A program made the position numbers and the translations under genes. Positions 1-12,239 of a stretch of DNA of 64,000 bases are shown here, piece by piece. The notes under the pieces were generated by a model. It was not told the DNA's origin. It saw only the letters and a program-made list of their open reading frames with translations, and searched no databases. Location of the stretch: NCBI GenBank assembly GCA_977017575.1, contig CDRNVI010000143.1, positions 1 through 64,000 of the forward strand, written 5' to 3'. Source of the DNA: Paramoeba atlantica (taxonomy: Eukaryota; Protista; Discosea). Every line of letters starts with the position of its first letter. The stretch's first letter is position 1.

Positions 1-983
1 CCTAAACCCTAAACCCTAAACCCTAAACCCTAAACCCTAAACCCTAAACCCTAAACCCTAAACCCTAAACCCTAAACCCTAAACCCTAAAACCTAAACCC
101 TAAACCCTAAACCCTAAACCCTAAACCCTAAACCCTAAACCCTAAACCCTAAACCCTAAACCCTAAACCCTAAACCCTAAACCCTAAACCCTAAACCCTA
201 AACCCTAAACCCTAAACCCTAAACCCTAAACCCTAAACCCTAAAACCCTAAACCCTAAACCCTAAACCCTAAACCCTAAACCCTAAACCCTAAACCCTAA
301 ACCCTAAACCCTAAACCCTAAACCCTAAACCCTAAACCCTAAACCCTAAACCCTAAACCCTAAACCCTAAACCCTAAACCCTAAACCCTAAACCCTAAAC
401 CCTAAACCCTAAACCCTAAACCCTAAACCCTAAACCCTAAACCCTAAACCCTAAACCCTAAACCCTAAACCCTAAACCCTAAACCCTAAACCCTAAACCC
501 TAAACCCTAAACCCTAAACCCTAAACCCTAAACCCTAAACCCTAAACCCTAAACCCTAAACCCTAAACCCTAAACCCTAAACCCTAAACCCTAAACCCTA
601 AACCCTAAACCCTAAACCCTAAACCCTAAACCCTAAACCCTAAACCCTAAACCCTAAACCCTAAACCCTAAACCCTAAACCCTAAACCCTAAACCCTAAA
701 CCCTAAACCCTAAACCCTAAACCCTAAACCCTAAACCCTAAACCCTAAACCCTAAACCCTAAACCCTAAACCCTAAACCCTAAACCCTAAACCCTAAACC
801 CTAAACCCTAAACCCTAAACCCTAAACCCTAAACCCTAAACCCTAAACCCTAAACCCTAAACCCTAAACCCTAAACCCTAAACCCTAAACCCTAAACCCT
901 AAACCCTAAACCCTAAACCCTAAACCCTAAACCCTAAACCCTAAACCCTAAACCCTAAACCCTAAACCCTAACCCCTAACCTC
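1..983 (+). repeat. Telomeric repeat array (CCCTAAA)n, i.e. TTTAGGG-type; left chromosome end
   Basis: Near-perfect 7-mer tandem array from base 1 (about 140 units). Two isolated variants occur near 90 and 243, and it degenerates to CCCTAA/CCCCTAA/CTCTAA at 968-986. Confidence 0.98.
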
Positions 984-986
984 TAA

Positions 987-1122
987 GAAAACCTAATGTT
1001 GCAAAAAGATTTTTAAAAAAAAATATTGATTTAAAAAAAGTAAAGAACTTAAACCTATAAAATAATAGGTTGAACTGGGCAAGAGCTATAAACTCTAGCT
1101 ATAAACCCTAACCACTAATTAG
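987..1122 (+). repeat. Telomere-junction segment duplicated internally at 56988-57117
   Basis: GAAAACCTAATGTTGCAAAAAGA...AAACCTATAAAATAATAGGTTGAACTGGGCAAGAGCTATAAAC...CTAATTAG occurs in both places in the same orientation with few differences. Confidence 0.93.
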
Positions 1123-4100
1123 CATAATCATCATCAAGATCAATTTTCAAAAAAGCATCACTTTCATCAATAGTGCTTTTAGATTCAGTTTCAGGTTCAA
1201 TATAATCTTTCAACCAATTTATATTGAAGTATTCAGGGAGAAAAGTCAATATATTAGACATATCATACATTTTAGATTTAAGTTGCACTCTTTAAGAACT
1301 ATAGTCATCCACATATTCATCATCAGATTTATCTTATTTATATTAGTTATCATGGGTGTAAGGGAGATCAATTTCTGCAAATTTGATCTCTTTTGAGTTT
1401 CTACATATTGGTTTGCTTTTCAGTTCATTAAATGGTTCAATATCTTCAGAATAATAATATTTAAGCATTTTCTTTTTCAATGTTCATTCTTTCAATTTAG
1501 AAATTCCAAAAGTATATTCATCAAACAACACACTTAAGCATTAGAAAGTATTTCTTATAATTAGATTATATAATAAAAAACTATTCAAGTTTTTAGCAAA
1601 TCCAAGATTAATTGTAGCTCTGGATTTGACATTAATTTTCAATTAAGAATTAACAAAAATATAAGCAAAAACATAGTATCCAAAAATATAAATTAAATCT
1701 ATACTTGACTTTACACCATAAAGTTTCTCATAAGGTAATATCTTTTGTTCTTACTTAACAACCATTAAAATTACTTTGTTAGTTATTTTTTCAGCAAATT
1801 TCCAAAAATTAAGAGGCAATTAAACAACAAAATAAATTGTTTGGGTATAATTTCAGTGAGTTTCATTTGCTTTTTCAACAACACCATTTTTCTTAAGACA
1901 ACTAGAACTAAATTTTCTAATTTCAATTCTTTTCTTTGCACAATATCTTTTAAAATTAGTATTTTTACTAATAAACTCAAAGGCACTATTACATTAAATA
2001 ATTTTTACTTTTACATCAACTTGTTTTTGTAATTTTTGAATCACATTAATGATTGTTCTTCTAGTACAAGATTTTCATTTAATAAATCAAGAAAAATTAA
2101 CATTAGAATAATTTTCAATGATGAATACAGAATAGTAGTTGTAATGATAGAATAGGATAGATTTTTTATATAAGTTAACATAAAGCATTTCACCACATTT
2201 TCTCACAATTCTGGTTTCAGTATAATGTGGTTTCTTCTTATTCTTCACAAAGACACAAGCATTATAGATATAATCAAAATCAACAATCAATTTTTTGTAA
2301 TTATTAGATAAACCATGGATAGCTTTTGCTTTGATGGTTTGACAAGTGTTAAAGAGATAGGTCAATCTATCATAATATAACTTCAGTTCTTTTTCATACT
2401 TAGGAGTGAGAGTATAGCAAATTCTTTTCAGGTTTGTATTCTTTGATCCTATATATTCATTTACATCAGGTTTTTCAACAATTTTCACATAATAGACTTC
2501 TTTTACAAAGTGATTAAAGAAAGATATTTGATATAATTTATCTTTGCAGGGTTCACTCAAGAGTTCTTCAGAGAGTTTTAAATCAATTTTTTTTCTTGTT
2601 ACAAAAACACCATTTTTATCAAAAATCATAGAAACATTCCAATTATCACACATTTAAAACACAAATAACAAATTCATAGTACATTTGGTTACAATAGAAA
2701 CATCTTCAAGAGGAGATAGATTTACATTTAATTCAAGGTCTTTTTTCAATTCTACTAGTATTAATTCACCATTTGCTTGAGAAATATATGTAATTTGATT
2801 AAATTCACATGTATTAAAGATATGATTTTCAGAATTCATAATTGAATTGGAGATATTAGAATCAACAATTACATTATCTTTTTGGTTTATTAATTTCATT
2901 TTCATAATCAGGATATCAATAAATTGGAGCAAAGTGTAAATTTGAAAATTTTTATTTAACATTTCAATTTTTTACTTTTTTTTTGCTTTTTCAAAGGTAT
3001 AGAATTCAGTTTCAGTTAATACACCATTGGGAGATCTTTGATAGGATTTATTAGGGCAAGAATTCTTACAATGTTCAGCAAATTCACAATACCAACATGC
3101 ATTAGGACTTTAGGAGGATCATACTAATCAAAGTTTGCTTGAAAGGCAGCATACTTATTGATTCAATAAATAGAGAAAGATTGAAAGTGAAATGAGGAAA
3201 AAATTAAAGTTTGATTTTGAAATTTTTTTTTCAAAGTAGTATATGTTTTTTGTAAGATAATAAGTTCATTATCTTCTTTTCTTTTCATGTTTCTCTCTAT
3301 AATAAATTTTTCAGCCTTAATTAATATTTTAAAAACTTATTTATAAATGAATTCTTGAGCTTTAGATTTTTTTACAATCTTCTTAATCATATTATCCCAC
3401 TTTGATGCTTTCATTGAGTTCTTTAAATAATCTATTTTTTCCTTTTTAGTTACATCTCCACCAAGTTTCTCATACTTCTCAATTAACAAGTTTAATTAGA
3501 AGTTCATTGTAACAATCATTTTAATTTTTAAAATTCAAAATGTTTTAAGTTCTTTCTTCACCTTCTACAATTCTCCAAGTTTCTAAGATGAATCATAAAT
3601 CCTGTTGAGTGTTTTCATTATTTTTGCAGATTTACTAAGAAATCCATTGTTATGATTTCCCTTTGTGCCTCTCTTATGAGATTGCTGATGATGAAACAGT
3701 ATATAGTGTAGTGATTTGTTATTTTTATGATATTGATCACTTGATGATTTCTTTTTCTAATATTGAAATCATTAGTATTGTCTACTATTAAGTGGTGAAT
3801 CAACTTGAATCAAATCAACTGTATTTTTAATCCAAAGCACCAAGAAGAATAATCACCAATACCATCAAACTTTGTTTCGATATGTTTTAGTATCTTTTTA
3901 ATGTTCTTGGAATTATATTCAAGTTCAGGATAAGCATTTGCTATCCTTTAAAAAATGCTACATGTGAATAATTCCACATAAGGGTTTGCGAAAGAAGAGG
4001 GGATCTTTTCATGCTCAAAAATTGGTTTTAGCCAAGGCTTAGTTTCAAGGCAAGTCTAAATTCTTAATCTATTAAAATCAACAGATTTCTGAAGAGCAAG
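1123..4100 (-). mobile_element. Degenerate Ty1/copia LTR retrotransposon (gag, protease, integrase; RT/RNase H missing)
   Basis: Minus-strand translation gives a copia gag N-terminus (KFDGIGDYSSW) and a CCHC knuckle CWYCEFAEHCKNSC (3056-3097). It also gives a protease IVDSNISN..ANGELILV..NLLFV (mutated DSG motif), a pre-integrase YYDRLTYL/YNACVFVKNKKKP (mutated WHxRLGH/CxxC), and an integrase core KVKII*CNSAFEF, KNGVVEKAN, LPLNFWKFA, PYEKLYG, VLFDE. The PR-INT order is copia-type. Many in-frame stops. Confidence 0.88.
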
Positions 4101-4571
4101 AAACAAAGAACAGAAACACATGTGCTAAAGACAAGTCAAAAATGTGAATTTTATTCTTAAAGCAAAAACAAGGGAAACATTTGAACTAGAGATAAAATGC
4201 AAAAGCAAAGAAAACATAGTTGAGATGGAGGTGTTGTACAGCTACTTTTGAACAAAACTAAACAAACGAACAAACAACCAAACTTCTGTAACAAAACAAG
4301 AAACACGAAAAAGAAAATAATGCACTAAACTAGAATACTAAAGAAGATATTCCTTAAATTGTCTTTGAACACTTTTATTGATCCAATAACTACTTCTCAA
4401 AACAGTTATACTTGAAAGAATTCTCCACAAATCTTTCTTTTCATCACACCTAACCTTTAATCTTCTTAGTAAACCACTTTTAACTTTTTTAATAAAAACT
4501 TGTACTTTCTCTTTTCTCTTGCAACCCCTGTAGAACTTAATCTGCATACTTAGCAACACTGTTTTGAACTT

Positions 4572-7500
4572 ATGAACTGTAACACAAACACTGATGAAAC
4601 TGTTTTGGGTCAAACCACCCTTGGTCAAACAGCTGTGAATGAGAATACAACTCAGCAACAGCCTCAACCAAACTTGAATTTTGGCAATTTTGACCTTTCA
4701 ACTATCATCAGCAAGCCTGAACCAAATAAAAAAGTTCTTCTCCCAAAGAACCTTACCCTGTATGAAGCAAAAACCCACAAGACAATTCAAAAATCTTTTG
4801 AATCATTCTTGGACTCAAATCTCACACCACCTCCTGTAACAGGTGAAAACAGTCAAACACACTTTACCCATTTTCTCTCTAACATCTACTATACATGGAC
4901 TTACAACTTCTGGTTGAACCACAAATTTCTCTTTCAAGTGTTGTCTAAACACTTGAAGTCAAAGAGCTACACCATGGTTGCTACTTTCTTCCAATTTTTT
5001 CAAGATTTTTTAACAGCCATTAACATGGAACTGGGATCCAACAGTTTACTGGTCTCCACAAAGTGGATCATATAGTTAATGTTTGACAATTCAATCAAAC
5101 TCTCCCAACACCTTTAAATCTTCTGCCAAGCAGCAGAGAGAGAGTATAAGAGAGGCATACAGTTGACTAACTCTTGAATCTTCCAAACTCTACAAAACAA
5201 AATCCTCTCCTCACCTTTCTTAGAAGCCTGGCAAGCAGTCAAGAGGTTATCACCTGATCAACCCCCTGAAGAAACAGCTATCTCATATGAGAGCCAACCA
5301 AAATATTCTTTTATCTGCTCCAATACCACTTCTTCACCCACACTTATACTCTGCCTGAACCTTCATGGTCAGAAATTCAAAGATGCAGCACAACATCTGC
5401 AGCAGTAGATAATATGTTTGGCTTGTGCCAGTACTGATCACTTCTCCCTGAACTGGCCTCAAGTTCTCAGATACTGTGAACAATTTACCTGTTTTAACAA
5501 AACTCCAAACTTAACAAACACTTCTTTTGTCTATTGCTGCTTCATTCATAGATTCAATATCATCCATGCTGACAAAAATTATTGAGTGATTACAACTCTG
5601 CAAGCTGATAATAAATCACCTCCATCAAAGAGAAGGTACAAACAATCACCACACAATCCATATAGAAACCCAAATGCTCATGGGAACAATTCTTACAAAC
5701 CTCCTCACAACATTGGAAAACCCTCCACAAAGAAACCACAAACTGAAGAACAAATGATCAACTCATTTATTCCAAAGTTACTGGCTGCTTTGACTCTACA
5801 TCTTCAAAAAGCAGCCATACAATCTGCTGCTTTACCTTTACAACAACAACAAACTGTTGCTCAAGCACAACTTGCTATTCAACAAGGTAATGCTAATAAA
5901 CCTTTCCAAAATTACCCTATTGTTTTTATTAATATTGAGATTGATAAGAAAATTTCTCCTTTTGATAAACAATATCAGACTGTGTTATACAAACTTAACA
6001 GTTGTGAATCAGAAAAGGAAATCCCTCACACTCAAATATCTTTCAAATTGTTTTTTTGTAAAGAACACAAAATGTACTGTAGAATGATTGAGAGAACAGC
6101 CTATCAGGCACCTGCATCTGCTCCCTGTGAAGTAGAATTCCAACTGTTGCAGCATCTTCCAACCCAAAACACCCATCCACAAAAAGCTGATAAGGTCACA
6201 GCAATAATTGGGTTGCCACTGGAATTTCAAGCAACTGTGAAAGGCCTCCAAACGGTCACTTGTCTTGATACTGGGGCAGGACTCAATGCTATTAGCTGAG
6301 AATTAATGTAAAAACATGGATTCAAAATTGAGGAAATCAGAGAACTTGAAACTCCATTCTGCATTGCAATAAGAAATTCAACTCAAACTCTCACTAAGCA
6401 AGCAATTGCAACCACATTTCAATTTAAGGAATGCACTGCTAAGTTATGGTTTCTCATTGTTGATCACTTGCCAGTTCAATGCTTAATCAATCAACCAATC
6501 TTGCATTACATATAAATTGCATATAATCCAAGTGACAACACTATAACTTACAGTGGTAAATTCCAAACACAAGCAAACTCCCCCTCAAATCTCTCTAATC
6601 AGATGGATCCACTTACACTTGAGCATTTAAAGATCTTTAATCATGCAAAATTACTTTATGCCCAAGCTGTGAGGGCAAAGTGTCCACCAAGAGCTTTAAA
6701 AACAATAACACTCAAATTAGTTAGACCTATCACATCACCACAAAGATTCTTTATACTGATAGTCACTGGAGGTGAAAAGCTGCTGGCTTTTCCTGAACTT
6801 GTGGACATCTGTAGTGATGAAGAAATCACACTGTTGATAGCAAATCCAACAGCACAAACTGTTACCATACCAAACAAAGCTGTGCTTGGAAAAGTTTACA
6901 TGGTCAATGAATAAAATGTGGCTGATATAGAGCTCATTGAACTCACAAAAAATCCTATTACAGAAACAAAATTTAATTTCAAGAAGGAAACCCCTTCTCT
7001 ACTGAAAAAACTAGAACAAAACACAAAACACCCAATTGTAATTGGCAGAAAACAAAACCAATCTATCCAAAACAACTCCAAAAGGACAACAAACCCTTTA
7101 TTAAAAACAAACAATTTGATGACATTGATGAAGAACCAGTTATTCAAATGCTTGCAGCAAAATTGGTAAATTCTCAAAAGCCTACTGATGAATTTGATTC
7201 TCTGCAAACTCAGAATCCAGAACTTCAACAAATTTATGATGAGTTCAAAATCAATTCAACAAATTTGACAACTGTTCAAAAAGAAAAATTAGCAACTCTG
7301 CTTTACTCTTTCAAAGATCTTTGGAGTAAAGAAAAAAGAGAAGGACTTCTTGAAAGAACAACCTCTACCTCTCACACAATAGAGGTTGAGGGTCCATCAA
7401 TTAAACATAATCCTCACAGAACAAGTTTAGTTGAAGATTATATCATTTAGCAACACATCAATAAGATGGCACTTCACAAAGTTATTAAACCATCAAAATT

Positions 7501-10411
7501 GCTTTAGGCTTCACCCATCTTATTAACTGATAAGAAAAATGAAAAAATCAGATTTTGCATTGATTTTAGAGCACTTAACAAAGTGATAAAGAAAGATTCA
7601 TATCCACTTCTGAAAATGGATGAAATACTTGCAATATTGGAGAATGCTTCTTATTTCTCAACAATTGATCTCACTGATGCATTCTGATCAATTCCAATCC
7701 ATTCAGATGATATTGAAAAAACAGCTTTTACAAGCAAATATAGCCTCTGGGAATTTCTTTCCATACCATTCAGGTTATGCAATGCACTTCCAATACAACA
7801 ATAATTCATAGAGGCTGTTCTAAATGGTTTCTTATGGATATGTTGTTTTGCTTATCTTGATGATATACTCACTTTCAGTGCATCATTTGAGGATCATATC
7901 AAGCACCTTGAACAAATCCTCACAAGATTGAGAGATCACAATTTCATCTTACAACTCTCAAAATGCTCCTTTTGCAGACCCACATTCAAAATACTTGGAT
8001 TTGTCACATCAAAAGATAGATTATCACCTAATCTCAAAAAAGTCAAAGCAATCAAAAACTATCCACTGCCAAGAACACCAAAAGAGGTGAGCAGATTCTT
8101 AGATATGATATTATGGCTCAGAAAATTTATACTAAGACTTTCAGCATTAATCACAAATCTTCAAAAAGCAACCCAACTGGATAACAAATCATTTAAATTG
8201 ACAAAAAAAGCAATTAATGAAATTGAATTGTTAAAAGAAATGCTTACTGATGAGACATGCATGGCTCACCTCAATCTCTCAAAACAATTCTACATCCATG
8301 TAAATATAAGCAAAACTGGTCTTGAAGCCATTCTTACACAACTAAATGAGAATGGTAATCACTGAGTTGTTGAGTATATATCTTATGTACTTACTGAGAT
8401 ACAAAGAAAATACACAAATCCAATCCATGAAGATTTTGGAATTCTTTGATCACTCAACACATTCAAATATTATATTTATGAATGTGATTCAATCATATAC
8501 TGCGATTGTAGCAGTCTCTCTGACATAATAAATGCAACTGAACACATGTCCAATCACAAAATGCTCTGTAACTGGATCACAAGAATCCTGCAGTATAATG
8601 TCTGTGTTATACACAAACCAGGCAAACTAATGGCAATTCCAGATGCCCTCAGCCATCATTACACTACATATGACACTGAAATGGAAACTGATGAGATAAC
8701 AAATATCTTTAAAGATATGGTTGAGACAGCAGTTAAAACTAGGAACAGTGAAACCAACAAATCTCTGGACAAACAATCTGACCTTTTACAAAGATTAAAC
8801 TTCCTTGAAGAACAAAATGCACATATTTCTGAATTAAAAACAATTGAAAATTTAGAACCTGACCTTTTTCTTTTTCAAAAAACCTCCACAAGTTTGTGGA
8901 GGAACACTTTTTCAAAAGAAATTGACCAACCAGTTAATCTTTCATGACTTGCTCAAATGCAACAGGAAGATAAACACTGTTTAAAATTAATCAATTATCT
9001 TCAATTTAAGACACTTCTTAGAAGAAAATCAGCTCTCAAATACCTACAAACACAATCTCACAAATATTGAATTGACAACCAAGGCATCTTTCAAAAAATC
9101 GATGAGATGTTCCTAATAGAAAAAGAACTGCCACCTACAGTTCTTTCCAAAGCTTTCTAGAATGAAGTAATTGACATCAATCATAACTCTCCCACAGGAG
9201 AACACTGAAAATTCGAAAAACTTTCCAAAGTTATTCGAAATTCATTCTATTTTGAACAAATGTATACTTACATTAAAGCATATTGTAACTGTTGCTTGGA
9301 ATGCCAAATAACAACCAAAACTGCCCAATTGTACATAGAATTAAATCCAACCTGCAACATACAATACTCTGGCCTGGTAATCCAGATTGACTGCACCCCA
9401 GGACCAAACAGAACAATTTGAGGAAATTCACACATCCTTACAGTTGTTAACATCTTTACAGAATATCTCTACTTATATGCTATCTCTCAACCTGATGGTA
9501 ATACATCTGCATCATTACTCTTCAAATATATTTGCTTACATTCAATGTCCTTAAAAATCATTACTAATAATAGAAGAGAATTTGCAAATGAATTAATTGC
9601 TAACCTGATTCATTTGCTTGGAATCAAACACACCTTGATTTGCCCTCTCCATTCATAAAGTAATGGAAAAGTCAAAAAAACACATCAAGTGATCAAAACA
9701 ATGATCTGTACTTTCATCAATGACTTCAAAGATGATTGGAACCTACTGATCTCACTTTTAAAATTTGCATATAACATATTTGAATTTTCAGTTACAAATT
9801 ATATGCCATTCTTTCTTTTCTATGGAAGACATTCAATCTTATCCATTGAGGCTTTATATGACATAGCATACCATCCTGTTACAACAGCACATGAGTATGT
9901 TAAAACACTACAAACTCAACAAGATATAGTATTTGCTTGGGTCAAAGACTAAAAACAAAAAGCAGCAAATCTTTACAAAAATCACTATGATGAAACTTAT
10001 TATACAATGATTAAAACACTGAATCTTGGAGATTCTGTCCTCCTCACAAAGGATAACAAAGACAGCTCTATAGGAAAGAAATACTGACCACTTTTCTATC
10101 AAAAAATCTACAAGGTCACTGGTATCCATTCCAATGGAACATATACAATCCAAGATTTCAAATAGGAAAAACTTCTACAAACTAAAAACATTATGAGATT
10201 AAAAAAACTAAAAATTCAATATGAATTAAATCATGAACCTGCAAACCAGGCACTCATAGAACAACCTGTCTATTTTTCTGAGGATGACAAACAAATTAAA
10301 TTTGATGACTTTGACCTAGGTAACAATTGTGACTATGAATTAAAGAAAATTCTTACTTATAAATTTGACTCACAAGGAAGACTTCATTACAAAGTTCAAT
10401 ACAAAAATTAA
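4572..10411 (+). mobile_element. Degenerate Ty3/gypsy (chromovirus-type) LTR retrotransposon gag-pol
   Basis: Motifs in order: protease CLDTGAG (6267-6275); RT RFCIDFRALNK, DSYPL and AYLDD (7853-7864); RNase H VNISKTGLEAIL..PDALS; integrase H..H/CxxC and SNGKVKKTHQ..YNIF..TNYMPFFLFYGR; chromodomain start YELKKILTYK..LHYKVQYKN. The order PR-RT-RH-INT-CHD is gypsy-type. Numerous stops; LTRs not identified. Confidence 0.93.
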
Positions 10412-10418
10412 GTTTCAA

Positions 10419-11300
10419 TCAAAAACCAAACTCTCTTTTTTGTGTCTTGTTAAGTTTATTAATTAATAAATTCAACCATTTCTTTAATGTCTCTAAAATC
10501 AAGAAATTACTTTTATTCAAAACACCACTTTCAAGCCTTTCAATCTTTTCCCTCACTTCAACCAGTTGTTGTTCAATCTCAGCACTCAATAACATTTTTG
10601 AAGTGATTGGAGTTGTTGAAGTTGGAGTTGAAGTACCAAGGATAGCAGTTTGTTGCAAAAAAGTGGTAAAAGCTTTGGTTAATACTTTGGTTCCATTATT
10701 ATCATTCTCACTTCTCTCATTTTCTTCTTCTTTCTTTTTCAATTTTCTTCTTCTTTTTGCTGGAAGAGAGCACACAAATGATGAGGAAGAAGTGTAAGAA
10801 AGAGAGTCACTCTCCAAATCAATTGCTCCACTGATTTGTTATACAAAAGTTTGGCCCATTTGACCATTTTCTTTAGATAGCAAATGTGTAAGTTCTACAA
10901 TTGTATTCCCACCTGAAAACTTGTAAAAACCAATTGTATTGTAATGACCTAATTTGTCTCAATTTGCATAACATTAAGCATATTCATGTTTAATTTGTTG
11001 ATATTTTATCAAAAAAGAATTACATGTTTAAGGCTTAAACTGATTGAGATTCCAAAAAGAGGCAACTTTCACAAAATATAAATACTTAGCAAGGTCATAA
11101 TCAGTTGGAACCTCATAAGCTGCATTTGAGTTATGAAATTTCTTCCAAAAGATTTCTGCTTTGATATCAAGAAGTTAGTGATGATCAAGTCTCTATTTTT
11201 TCACCACTTAAAAAATATTTGAACAAATTGTTACCTTCAACTGTAGCAGAGGTGAAACTCTTAGTTATTGGATCAACAAAGACACTCAGTTTTATTATTC
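10419..11300 (-). pseudogene. Antisense ORF remnant tail-to-tail with the gypsy chromodomain; function unknown
   Basis: The 132-aa track ORF extends upstream in frame through several stops (KAEIFWKKFHNSNAAYEVPTDYDLAKYLYFVKV...GAIDLESDSL). It contains an NLS-like PAKRRRK, and its stop lies 7 nt from the pol stop. Confidence 0.55.
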
Positions 11301-11981
11301 CTTTATTAAGATTTATTCAACTTATTACACCTTAGAGCATAGCATGAAGGATTTTATAGGTTGGATTATTGAAGATTAGCAACATTTGGACAGACTTATT
11401 TGCACTCCATTTTTCTCACATGATATGTTTTTGTTCTTCTTCTTCTTCTTCTTTACCTTTTCCCTCTCCCTCTTCTTTCTCTTTCTTTCCCTCTTTTTTT
11501 CATTTTCAACCTGTTTCCTCTTCTTTTGAAAATGTTTCATTAGACTTGGCAACTCCCCTTTCTAAGACAATCCTTTGTTCGAACAAAGTTCTTTCATTTC
11601 ATCAACTGTTTTTGTCTTCAAATCCTGGTCATCCAACCACTCCCTTTCAACTTTAGAAGCTTCCTCTTCATTTTGACTTCTTTGTGAACTCTAATCCATT
11701 TGAAGATCATCCATTAATTTGAGTTCATCACAGTCAACAAGAAGTTTGTCCATTTACCCCCAAAAGAAAAACAAAAAAAAACAAAAAAACAAAAAAAAAA
11801 CAAAAAAACAAAAAAAATAGCAACTCATCACTTTTGCAAAGATATGAATTTTTTATTTTTGTTCTTTTCACACCAAAAAAAAAAAAAAAATAGCTTGCAA
11901 CTTTTTGTCTTTTTGAAAAGATTTGGGGCTTTAAAGAAAGAGAAAAAGAAAAAAGAAAAAAGAAAAAAGAAAAAGAAAAAG

Positions 11982-12016
<35 letters not shown>

Positions 12017-12239
12017 CTCAAATAATATCAAGAAAAATTCCCTCTTCTTTTACATCACTCACACAAGTTCAATCCTTACTTACACTCCTTGAAATCTATT
12101 CACTCTGTTCATTCAAATCAGAAAGAAAAAAAGAAAAAGAAAGGAGAAAAGAAAAGAGAAAAGAGAAAAGAGATAAAAAAAAGAAAGAGAAAGAAAGAGA
12201 AAAAAGAAGAAAGAGAAAGAAAAAGACCAATATGGACAG

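Noticed and set aside
2087-2970. AT-rich ORFs with AAAATTGA just before the ATG, suggesting a giant-virus or Polinton gene with a Mimivirus early promoter
   Set aside because: The ORFs are the protease and integrase parts of a mutated copia pol, flanked by a gag knuckle and integrase core, so the motif is incidental.
4378-11276. 15-bp inverted match TTGATCCAATAACTA flanking the gypsy element, and a search for LTRs
   Set aside because: The match does not extend, and no direct repeats, PBS or PPT could be supported.
4572-11300. Alternative genetic code (stop-codon reassignment) to explain frequent in-frame stops
   Set aside because: All three stop types occur at positions expected for Q, R or W and come with missense decay, while intact genes read normally with the standard code.
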